DNA of 64,000 bases from Acidimicrobiales bacterium (GTDB taxonomy: Bacteria > Actinomycetota > Acidimicrobiia > Acidimicrobiales > Acidimicrobilacustridaceae), in contig DAISGD010000005.1 of assembly GCA_036823295.1 (NCBI GenBank), forward strand, positions 15,260 through 79,259. The letters are read 5' to 3'. How positions within the stretch are numbered: position 1 is the first letter of the stretch; each line of letters begins with the position of its first letter. The notes beneath the pieces were generated by a model that saw only the letters and a program-made list of their open reading frames with translations, was not told where the DNA came from and did not search any database. Positions 28,006-36,045 of this stretch are shown here, in pieces. The position numbers were made by a program, and so were the translations under genes.

Positions 28006-29437
28006 TCTTGACGCAGAGATCCGGCGGGCGGTTTGCGAGTTGGCCGATCACGCCCCCGTCCCCCCGGGCGTGGATGATCTCGCCATCACGGGCACCGAAC
28101 CGTGGTCCGCATCCCATGCAGGCCTGCGCTCCGGTGGACGCCGGCCCTTGCTGGTGATGGCCGTCACCGTGGGGATCGTGCTCATCGGTGCGGGGGCCAT
28201 CGTGGCCTCCCGCCGCGAGGACTCGACCGTCGTGCAGCTGGGCCTGGCTCCGGGCGGCGCCACCGTGGCCGACGTCGCCGGCCAAACTTTGGCGGCCCGG
28301 GTCGGGTTTGCCTCGCCGCCCTCGGGCTACGACATGCCTTATGAGTTCGGCCGGGACGGCGCCCTCACGACGGCGGACTCCCCGTTGCCGACCGGTCCGC
28401 TTGGCCCGGTGTATGCCCAGTACCTCCAGCCCACCCAACCCGCCGAGGCGCAGGACCCGACGACGGGGGACACGCTGCCGGATCCGGCTCTCGCCGCGGT
28501 GGGGGTGATGACGGTGCTGCCCATCGAACGCACCGACGTGGTGATGGGCGCCGCCGGGCATACGGACGGCCAGGCGACGACGGTCAACGGGCATCCGGCC
28601 CTCGTGGTCACCGCCTGGAGCGAGCATGACGACAACCTCGTGAGCTGGGAGCAGGACGGCGTGGCTGTCGTCGTGGTGGGCTCGGCCACCACACCGGTGG
28701 ACGAGCTTCGCCACCTGGCCGGTCAGGTCGCCCCGCTGAGCCAGGCGCCGATGCTGGCGCCAGCGCAGCCGGATTCGCTCCGATCTGTCACCTTCAACGG
28801 TTTCTGGTCGCTGGCGCCGGACGCCCCCATGGTCCCGAGACCGGGGCTGATGGGGATCGGGTTCACCGGCTGGTCCACCCTGCGGGGTGCCGGACCGCTG
28901 TGGAACGCCTTCTCCACGGTCGTCGACCACGGCAGCGTCGACCAGGGCCGCTACACCGTGCGGGCCGCCGGCCATCCTGAGGGCAGTGCCAACCTGGCCC
29001 CCGCCGCTCCCGGCCGCACCATCAGCGGCCAGGTCCAATGGGACGACGAGGTCATCACCGACCAGGTGATCTTCTCCTCCGGGAACGGGCCCGACCTGAT
29101 CGAGGGCATCACCCCGACGACGGTGAAGCACGTTCGCATCCGCCTCTCCGACGGCAGCACCTACCTGGCCCTGACCTACGACGTCGGGCGGGGTTGGCCC
29201 ATCGCCATCTTCGTCCAGCCGGTGCCGATCATCCACGGCGACAACACGCCCACCGGCCTGCATGCCGTGCACATCGACGGCCTGAGCGCCGACGGTGCCG
29301 TGTTGAACTCGGGCCCCTCGACGCTGGGGAACGGCGTCCCCTCCGGCATGGCCGGCTACGAGTCGGTGTTCAGCTGCCACCCGAAGGACCCGACCAGGTA
29401 CGTCTTCACCGACGACTGCGCCAAGGCCGGCGGGTGA
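27998..29437 (+). CDS. Membrane-anchored putative anti-sigma factor with large extracytoplasmic domain
   Basis: Overlaps the sigma gene by 8 nt. Short cytoplasmic N-terminus and a single TM (LLVMAVTVGIVLIGAGAIVA). The extracytoplasmic part includes a DUF4367-like stretch VNGHPALVVTAW...SWEQDGVAVVVVGS. No zinc-finger anti-sigma motif was seen. Confidence 0.5.
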   Translation: MTDLDAEIRRAVCELADHAPVPPGVDDLAITGTEPWSASHAGLRSGGRRPLLVMAVTVGIVLIGAGAIVASRREDSTVVQLGLAPGGATVADVAGQTLAARVGFASPPSGYDMPYEFGRDGALTTADSPLPTGPLGPVYAQYLQPTQPAEAQDPTTGDTLPDPALAAVGVMTVLPIERTDVVMGAAGHTDGQATTVNGHPALVVTAWSEHDDNLVSWEQDGVAVVVVGSATTPVDELRHLAGQVAPLSQAPMLAPAQPDSLRSVTFNGFWSLAPDAPMVPRPGLMGIGFTGWSTLRGAGPLWNAFSTVVDHGSVDQGRYTVRAAGHPEGSANLAPAAPGRTISGQVQWDDEVITDQVIFSSGNGPDLIEGITPTTVKHVRIRLSDGSTYLALTYDVGRGWPIAIFVQPVPIIHGDNTPTGLHAVHIDGLSADGAVLNSGPSTLGNGVPSGMAGYESVFSCHPKDPTRYVFTDDCAKAGG

Positions 29438-29446
29438 CCCAGGCGT

Positions 29447-30127
29447 CTAGAGCTGGGGCAGATCGGCCAGGCCGTCGAGGATGTCTCGGGTGGCCGAGCA
29501 GCCGAGTCGGGTGGCCCCGGCGGTCAGCATGCCGAGTGCGGTGTGGGCGTCGCGGATCCCGCCGGAGGCCTTGACCCCCACCGGCCTGCCGGCGGCTCCC
29601 GCCACCGCGGCGAGGGCTTCGACGGCCGCCTGGGTGGCGCCGCCGGCCGGGTGGAAGCCCGTCGACGTCTTGAGGTAGTCGGCCCCGCTCTCCACCGCGG
29701 CCCGGGCTACCTCGTCCAGCTCGGCGGGGCTGAGGGCCGCCGACTCGACGATAACCTTGAGCGTGCCCTGCACCGCGGCGCGCACCTCGGCCACATCGGC
29801 GCTCACGCCGGCCCAGTCGTGGCTCTTGGCCCGCCCTAGATCGATGACCATGTCGAGTTCGGTGGCGCCCTCCATCTCCGCCCAGTTCGCTTCCGCCGCC
29901 TTCACCCCGCTCACGTGGGCGCCGGACGGGAAGCCGATCACGGTGCACACGGCGAACGTCCGACCCGCATACGCCGCCACTGGCCGCACCATGGTGGGCG
30001 ACACGCACACCGCAGCCACCCCCAGGTCGGCCCCCTCCCGGCACAGCGCCTCCACCTCGTCGGCGGTCGCGTCGGGGCGCAACAGCGTGTGGTCGATGCA
30101 GGCGGCCAGCTCCGCCGGGGTAATCAC
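29447..30127 (-). CDS. deoC: Deoxyribose-phosphate aldolase
   Basis: 226 aa. IDHTLLRPDAT, VCTVIGFPSG, LKVIVE and VKASGGIR (Schiff-base Lys context) are typical DeoC motifs. Confidence 0.9.
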   Translation of the reverse strand: MITPAELAACIDHTLLRPDATADEVEALCREGADLGVAAVCVSPTMVRPVAAYAGRTFAVCTVIGFPSGAHVSGVKAAEANWAEMEGATELDMVIDLGRAKSHDWAGVSADVAEVRAAVQGTLKVIVESAALSPAELDEVARAAVESGADYLKTSTGFHPAGGATQAAVEALAAVAGAAGRPVGVKASGGIRDAHTALGMLTAGATRLGCSATRDILDGLADLPQL

Positions 30128-30960
30128 GAATGGTCCCGGTGGCAGGCGAGGGGGAGGAAGGTGTTCAGGAAGGTCACGATGTCGGCGGCCGCGGCCTGGC
30201 CCACGGCCATCACCTCGGTATGCGAAAGCGGCTCGCCCAACCCGGCGGCTCGATTGGTGACGAGGCTCACGCCGGCCACCCGCACCCCCAGGTGGCGACA
30301 GGCAATCGTTTCGTTGGCCGTCGACATCCCCACCAGGTCGGCGCCCATTGCGGCCAGCATGCGGATCTCGGCTGGTGTCTCGTAGCTCGGTCCCGACAGC
30401 GCGGCGTAGACCCCCTCGGCCATGCCCGGCGAGACCTCGGCGGCCAGCGCTCGCAGTTCGGGATCGTAGGCGGCGCTGAGATCGACGAACGACGGTTGGG
30501 GTCCGTCGTGGGGACCGGTCAGCGCGTTGGCTCCCGACAGGTTGAGGTGGTCGGCGATGCGCACCAGCGAACCGATGTCGAGGTCGGGGCGGATCCCCCC
30601 GGCGGCGTTGGTCAACACGGCGGTGTGCACCCCGGCCGCCGCCGCAACCCGCACCCCGTGACAGACCTGGTGGACGCTGTGGCCCTCGTAGAGGTGGACC
30701 CGGCCGGCCAGCACCAGCACGTCGTGGCCTCCCAGCCGTCCGGCGACGACGGTGCCGGCGTGGCCGGTCACCGCCGGGGTGGGGAAGCCGGGGAGCTCGG
30801 CCATGGGGATCTGCTCGGCGTCGGCGAGGGCGTCGGCGAAGGCGCCCAGACCCGAGCCGAGCACGACCACGGCGGCGAAACGATCCACGCCGGTACGGTC
30901 CCGGAGCGCGTTGGCATCGGCGGCGGCGCGGGCAAAAGGACCAAGAGCCGACGACGTCAC
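30124..30960 (-). CDS. Purine nucleoside phosphorylase (trimeric PunA/PNP type)
   Basis: ORF 30124-31323 trimmed to the GTG at 30960 (VTSSALGPFARAAADANALRDRTG). Motifs VVLGSGLG, GRVHLYEGH and LVGMSTANE. GTGA overlap with deoC at 30124-30127. Confidence 0.85.
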   Translation of the reverse strand: MTSSALGPFARAAADANALRDRTGVDRFAAVVVLGSGLGAFADALADAEQIPMAELPGFPTPAVTGHAGTVVAGRLGGHDVLVLAGRVHLYEGHSVHQVCHGVRVAAAAGVHTAVLTNAAGGIRPDLDIGSLVRIADHLNLSGANALTGPHDGPQPSFVDLSAAYDPELRALAAEVSPGMAEGVYAALSGPSYETPAEIRMLAAMGADLVGMSTANETIACRHLGVRVAGVSLVTNRAAGLGEPLSHTEVMAVGQAAAADIVTFLNTFLPLACHRDHS

Positions 30961-31003
30961 GGGGTCAGCCTGGCACAGGCCACAATTGTCTACCGTGACG
31001 AAG

Positions 31004-31363
31004 ATGGCCCACCCGCTGCTCGATGCCGTCCGGCCGATGGCCGACGCCATCGGGGCCGTCGTGGTGGGGCGCGACGATCTCGTCTCCGGCGACATCGAGT
31101 TGTGCTGGCAAGGTGAGCTCGTTGGTGGCGTGCGCCTGTCTGAGGGTGCTCGCGACATCGACTGGTACCTGGCCGGGGTGGAGCGCGAGTTGGGAGCGCC
31201 CCTGGCTGATCTCTCCCGGGAGGGCAAGCAGCGGGCCGTCAAGCTGCTCAACGAGCGGGGTGCGTTCCAACTGCGGCGGTCGGTCGAGCAGGTGGCCGAA
31301 GTCCTGGCCGTCAGCCGCTTCACCGTCTACAACTATCTGAACCGTCCCGAGGCGCAGGAGTGA
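31004..31363 (+). CDS. Small DNA-binding protein with C-terminal YheO-type HTH
   Basis: ORF 30752-31363 trimmed to the ATG at 31004 (MAHPLLDAV...). C-terminus KQRAVKLLNERGAFQLRRSVEQVAEVLAVSRFTVYNYL resembles the HTH_22/YheO motif. Divergent from PNP across only 43 bp. Confidence 0.6.
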   Translation: MAHPLLDAVRPMADAIGAVVVGRDDLVSGDIELCWQGELVGGVRLSEGARDIDWYLAGVERELGAPLADLSREGKQRAVKLLNERGAFQLRRSVEQVAEVLAVSRFTVYNYLNRPEAQE

Positions 31364-31370
31364 CACATCT

Positions 31371-31610
31371 TCAGCCGTCGGCCAGGGACACCTGCACCGA
31401 CACCCGGGTGGCACCCGCCTCCGCGGTGGCCACCAGCAGCTGGGCCAGGGCGTTGCTCACGACGGTCACGTCGCCGCGCACGCTGCTGCCGAACGGCCCG
31501 ATCTCGGGCTCGAGGCCGGCGGCCCGGACCGCGTCGAGGGCGGCCTGCACATGGGCGCCGGGCGACCCCTCAACGAAGGGTTCGATGGTGAATTCGGCGA
31601 CGACGTCCAT
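31371..31610 (-). CDS. MTH1187/YkoF-family small ligand-binding protein (thiamine/HMP-binding fold)
   Basis: MDVVAEFTIEPFVEGSPGAHVQAALDAVRAAGLEPEIGPFGSSVRGD...AGATRVSVQVSL follows the MTH1187 pattern (aEfsi-P-G, yV, G-y-gpmgT-eG, Rv). The ORF-track start at 31664 would overlap the upstream gene by 17 nt. Confidence 0.6.
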   Translation of the reverse strand: MDVVAEFTIEPFVEGSPGAHVQAALDAVRAAGLEPEIGPFGSSVRGDVTVVSNALAQLLVATAEAGATRVSVQVSLADG

Positions 31611-31647
31611 GGCGGCGATGACCTCGACAGCGACCGGTACCGGCCCG

Positions 31648-32172
31648 TCAGCCCTGCGCCTCATCGGGCGAGACCAGCGGCTCTTCGGCCGACCACGGGA
31701 AGGTGATCCAGTCGTCGGTGGTGCGCCACACGTAGGTGGGATCGATGATGGACCGCGACTTTTTGTAGAGCACGGCCGAGCGGGCTTCTTTCACGTGGTC
31801 GTGGATGATTCGGTGCACCATGGACAGGGTGTCGCCGGTGTCGGCCACGTCGTCGGCGATGAGCACGTTCAGGTCACGCACCGCCACGAGATCGGGCATG
31901 GGTGGCAACACCACCGGGACATCGAGGCGGGTGTCGATGCCGGTGTAGTACTCGACCGAGATGGCAAAGCAGTTCTTGACCGCCAGGGCGTAGGCCAAGG
32001 CACCGGTCACGGTGAGCCCGCCCCGGGCAATGGCCAACACGATGTCGGGCCGGAAGCCGCTGTCGACCACCTGAGCAGCCAACTCTCGGGCGGCGACCCC
32101 GAACCGCTCGTAGGTGAGCACCTCGCGCTCGACATTTGCGGAGGCGTCATACAGGTCGTCCATCGGCCGCAC
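31648..32172 (-). CDS. Purine phosphoribosyltransferase (xanthine/hypoxanthine-guanine PRT-like)
   Basis: 174 aa. PRPP-binding motif VLIADDVADTGDTL. Confidence 0.75.
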   Translation of the reverse strand: MRPMDDLYDASANVEREVLTYERFGVAARELAAQVVDSGFRPDIVLAIARGGLTVTGALAYALAVKNCFAISVEYYTGIDTRLDVPVVLPPMPDLVAVRDLNVLIADDVADTGDTLSMVHRIIHDHVKEARSAVLYKKSRSIIDPTYVWRTTDDWITFPWSAEEPLVSPDEAQG

Positions 32173-32207
32173 CCTAGCGGTGGCAGTGGCAGCTCGGTCG
32201 CCCGGCC

Positions 32208-33590
32208 GTGCTGATCACCGGCGGGACCGTGGTCGATGTGGCCGGCCACCGCCGTGCCGATGTGCGGATCGGTCCTGATGGGCACATCGCCGAGGTGGGC
32301 GGCGGACTCACGCCCACCGATGCCGACGACCACGTCGACGCCACCGGGCTGTTGGTGGTGCCGGGCGGGGTGGATGCCCACACCCACCTGCACCTGCACG
32401 TGGGGTCGGTGTCGGTGAGCGATGACTTCACCACCGGCACGGCGGCGGCGGCCGTGGGTGGGACGACGACGGTCATCGAATATGTGACCACGGCCCGGGG
32501 TCAGCGCCCCCTCGATGCCCTGGCCCGCTGGCAGGCGGAGGCCGAGCCGGCGGCCATCGACTACGGCTTCCACATGACGTTCACCGAGGCGGTGGCCGAG
32601 GGTGACGTGGCCGACTGCGTCGAGCGCGGCATCACCTCATTCAAGCTCTACATGGCCTACCCGGATTCACTCATGGTGGACGACGCCGTGATCGACGACG
32701 TGTTGCGCCACACCGGGCGCCACGGGGGACTGGTCGCCATCCACGCCGAGAACGGCAACGCCATCGCCACGATGCAGCAGGCGGCGCTGCGGGCCGGCCA
32801 CACCGGCGTCATCGAACACTCCCGGACCCGGCCGGCCGAGGTCGAGGGGGAAGCGACGGCGCGCGCCGCGGTGCTGGCCGAGCAGCGTGAGGCCCCCATC
32901 TATGTCGTGCACGTGAGCTCGGCACCGGCCCTGGCCGCCATCCGCGCCGCCCAGGAACGGGGCGTGACCATCCTGGCCGAGACCTGCCCCCAGTACCTGA
33001 CCCTCGACGTGGGTCGCCTCGACGGCCCTGACGCCGAGAACTTCGTGTGCACCCCGCCGTTGCGCGACCCGTGGCACCGCGAGGAGCTGTGGGAGGGCCT
33101 CAGCCAGGGCTACATCCACACGGTGGCCACCGACCACTGCCCGTTCTGGATGCACGATCGCCGGGCGGGAACGTCCGGGCGTGCCGAGGGCTGGGCCGAT
33201 TTCACCGAGATTCCGGGCGGGCTGCCGGGCATCGAGACCCGCCTGGCGCTGGTGTGGGCCGGCGTGCGGGCCGGCCATATCAACGAGGTCGATTGGGTGC
33301 GCCTGTGTGCGGAGGCCCCGGCCCGTACGTTCGGCCTCTGGCCTCGCAAGGGCAATCTCCAGGTGGGGGCGGACGCCGACGTGGTGGTGTGGGACCCACT
33401 TCGCTCCCAGTCGCTCGACGCCGCCGCTCTCCACATGCGCACCGACCACTCGCCCTACGCGGGTATGACCGCCACCGGATGGCCAGTGCTGGTGCTGTCT
33501 CGGGGCCGCGTCGTGGCCCGCGACGGTCGCTTCACCGGTGTAGCCGGCTGGGGTCGCTACCTGGCCCGTGACCAGGTGTGGTTCTCATGA
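32208..33590 (+). CDS. Dihydropyrimidinase / D-hydantoinase
   Basis: 460 aa. GGVDAHTHLHL metal site, carboxylated-lysine context SFKLYMAYP, AIHAENG, YVVHVSS, TDHCPF. Confidence 0.85.
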   Translation: MLITGGTVVDVAGHRRADVRIGPDGHIAEVGGGLTPTDADDHVDATGLLVVPGGVDAHTHLHLHVGSVSVSDDFTTGTAAAAVGGTTTVIEYVTTARGQRPLDALARWQAEAEPAAIDYGFHMTFTEAVAEGDVADCVERGITSFKLYMAYPDSLMVDDAVIDDVLRHTGRHGGLVAIHAENGNAIATMQQAALRAGHTGVIEHSRTRPAEVEGEATARAAVLAEQREAPIYVVHVSSAPALAAIRAAQERGVTILAETCPQYLTLDVGRLDGPDAENFVCTPPLRDPWHREELWEGLSQGYIHTVATDHCPFWMHDRRAGTSGRAEGWADFTEIPGGLPGIETRLALVWAGVRAGHINEVDWVRLCAEAPARTFGLWPRKGNLQVGADADVVVWDPLRSQSLDAAALHMRTDHSPYAGMTATGWPVLVLSRGRVVARDGRFTGVAGWGRYLARDQVWFS

Positions 33591-34993
33591 GCACCGCGCT
33601 GGGGCTGGCGGCCATCGTGGTGCTCATCGCCGTCACCGGCGTGTTCGTGGCCGCCGAGTTCGGACTGGTGGCGGCCGATCGCAGCCGCATCGCCACCTTG
33701 GCCGACGGCGGCTCTCGCCGGGCCCGGCTCGTGCGGTCACTGCTCTCCAAGTTGTCGTTCCAGCTCTCGGGCGCGCAGCTCGGCATCACGGTGACCTCCC
33801 TGGTGCTGGGCTTCCTCGCCGAGCCGATCCTGGCCCAGCTCATCGAGCCCCTGCTCGAGCCGTTGCTGGGGGAGCGGCTCGTGCGCGGCGTGTCCATCGC
33901 CATTGCCTTGGCCCTGGCCACGGTGTTCCAGATGGTGCTGGGCGAGCTGATCCCCAAGACGGTAGCCATTGCCAAGCCCGAGACCACGGTGTTGCTTTTA
34001 GCCCCGTTCCTTCAGCTCTACGCCACGGTGTTCGGCCCCATCATCCGCCTGCTCAACGCGGCCGCCAACTGGACCGTTCGTCGCCTGGGCATCGAGCCCC
34101 GCGAGGAGCTGGAGGCGGTGCGCTCCCTGCCCGAACTGGCCCGGCTGCTGGAGGCGTCGGTGGAGGAGGGCACGATCGGCGACACCGCTTCCACCCTGTT
34201 CACCCGGTCGGTGCGCTTTGCCGACAAGACGGCGGCCGATGCGCTGGTGCCGCGGGTGTCGGTGTCGGCGTTGGCGGTGGACGATCACGTGGCGGATCTG
34301 GTCGACTTGGCCGGAATCACCGGCTTCTCCCGGTTCCCGGTGTACGGGGCTGACCTCGATGACATCGTCGGGGTGGTGCTGGTCAAGTCGGTGCACTCCC
34401 TGGCGCCCGACGAGCGCGCCACCACCCCGGTGCGGGACCTCATGAGCGAGGTCATGGCCGTGCCCGAGACCCGGTCCCTGCAGGCGCTCCTGGCCGACAT
34501 GCGCGACCGCCGCAATCACCTGGCGGTGGTGGTCGACGAGTACGGCGGCACCGCCGGCATCATCACTCTGGAGGACGTGGTCGAGGAGATCGTCGGCGAG
34601 ATCGACGACGAGTACGACCCGCGGGAGCCACGACTGACCGAGGTGCCCCGCGGCGTCGGGCCTTGGCTGGTGCCCGGCACCCTGCACCCTGACGAGGTGG
34701 TCGACGCCACCGGCTTCGAGATGCCCGAGGGGGAGTACGAGACGCTGGCCGGGTTCGTGCTCGACCAACTCGGTCGCATCCCCGCGGAGGGGGACAAGTT
34801 CACCTATGCCCACCATCGCGTCGAGGTGGAGGGGATGGACAGCCTGCGGGTGGCCATGGTGCGACTCACCCGGCTCGACGACGACGAGTCCCGTGACGAC
34901 GAGTCCCGTGACGACGAGCCGCGTGACGACGAGCCGCGTGACGACGAGCCGCGTGACGACGGCGAGGCGTCCTCTGGAAGGGCCGGGTCATGA
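33587..34993 (+). CDS. CNNM/CorC-family membrane protein (DUF21-CBS pair-CorC_HlyC)
   Basis: The ATG at 33587 overlaps the hydantoinase stop (ATGA). DUF21 TM region, CBS pair, and CorC_HlyC tail ETLAGFVLDQLGRIPAEGDKF. Acidic repeat tail. Confidence 0.85.
   Translation: MSTALGLAAIVVLIAVTGVFVAAEFGLVAADRSRIATLADGGSRRARLVRSLLSKLSFQLSGAQLGITVTSLVLGFLAEPILAQLIEPLLEPLLGERLVRGVSIAIALALATVFQMVLGELIPKTVAIAKPETTVLLLAPFLQLYATVFGPIIRLLNAAANWTVRRLGIEPREELEAVRSLPELARLLEASVEEGTIGDTASTLFTRSVRFADKTAADALVPRVSVSALAVDDHVADLVDLAGITGFSRFPVYGADLDDIVGVVLVKSVHSLAPDERATTPVRDLMSEVMAVPETRSLQALLADMRDRRNHLAVVVDEYGGTAGIITLEDVVEEIVGEIDDEYDPREPRLTEVPRGVGPWLVPGTLHPDEVVDATGFEMPEGEYETLAGFVLDQLGRIPAEGDKFTYAHHRVEVEGMDSLRVAMVRLTRLDDDESRDDESRDDEPRDDEPRDDEPRDDGEASSGRAGS
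34880..34960 (+). repeat. In-frame 15-nt tandem repeat (5 units) encoding DDESR/DDEPR
   Basis: gacgacgagtcccgt x2 followed by gacgacgagccgcgt x3 and a partial unit, at the 3' end of the first CNNM gene. Confidence 0.9.
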
Positions 34994-36030
34994 GCGGTTG
35001 GTCGGCGCTGGCCGTGTCCCTGCTGATGCTGGTGGTGAACGGGGTGTTCGTGGCCCTCGAGTTCTCCCTGGTGGCTTCGCGTCGCACCAAGTTGGAGGAG
35101 CTGGCCGCCGGGGGATCGAACGCTGCGGGCCGGGCCCTTGACGCCTCCGGAGACCTGTCGCTGCAGCTGGCCGGTTTCCAGCTGGGCATCACCATGGCCT
35201 CGCTGACCCTCGGTCTCGTGGGCGAGCCGGCCATGGCGCACTTCCTCGAACCGGCGGTGGAGGCGATCGGGCTGTCGGGCGGCGCGGCCCGCACCGTCGC
35301 CGGTGTGATCGGCCTGGCGATCGTGGTGTTCCTCCATCTGGTGGTGGGCGAGCTGGTGCCCAAGAGCGTCGCCATGGCTGAGCCCGAACGAACCCTGCGC
35401 TGGCTGTCGGCACCCAACGCCGCCTACCTCTTCGTCTTCCGGCCGGTGATCAGGGTGCTCAACGCCATGAGCAACATCGGTGTCCGGGCATTCGGGGTTC
35501 AGGTGCGGGACGAGCTGTCGAGCACGCCCACTGCTGAGGAGCTCACGGTCATGCTGGGAGCGTCACGGGACGAGGGCCTGATCGAGGACTTCGCCCACGA
35601 GTTGCTCACCGGCGTGCTCGATTTCGGGGGGCGCGACGTGGGTTCGGTCATGGCCCCGCGCCACGAGATCCGGGCCATCGGGGTGGACACCACGGTGCGC
35701 CAGGCCGAGGCCCTCGTGATCGACAGCGGCCACTCGCGCCTGCCCATGCAGGGGCCGGGCGGGCTGGACGAGGTCCTCGGCTTCGTCCACGCCAAGGACC
35801 TGCTGACCATGCCCCCGGTGGCAGCCAACCGACCGGTGCCGCTGCGCCTGGTGCGCAGCATGTTGGTGGTGCCGGCCGACCGTTCGCTGGAGGATCTGCT
35901 GTTGGCCATGCGCCGCGCCCGGGTCCACTTCGCCCTGGTGACCGCGGCCGACGGGACCACCGCCGGCATCGTCACCCTCGAAGATCTCCTCGAAGAGCTG
36001 GTAGGCGACATCCTCGATGAGTCCGACTAG
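34990..36030 (+). CDS. CNNM-family membrane protein (DUF21-CBS pair, no CorC_HlyC domain)
   Basis: ATGA overlap at 34990-34993. Same DUF21 and CBS organisation as the upstream paralogue, but it ends after the CBS pair. Confidence 0.8.
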   Translation: MSGWSALAVSLLMLVVNGVFVALEFSLVASRRTKLEELAAGGSNAAGRALDASGDLSLQLAGFQLGITMASLTLGLVGEPAMAHFLEPAVEAIGLSGGAARTVAGVIGLAIVVFLHLVVGELVPKSVAMAEPERTLRWLSAPNAAYLFVFRPVIRVLNAMSNIGVRAFGVQVRDELSSTPTAEELTVMLGASRDEGLIEDFAHELLTGVLDFGGRDVGSVMAPRHEIRAIGVDTTVRQAEALVIDSGHSRLPMQGPGGLDEVLGFVHAKDLLTMPPVAANRPVPLRLVRSMLVVPADRSLEDLLLAMRRARVHFALVTAADGTTAGIVTLEDLLEELVGDILDESD

Positions 36031-36045
36031 CAGCCGCTCTCCGCG

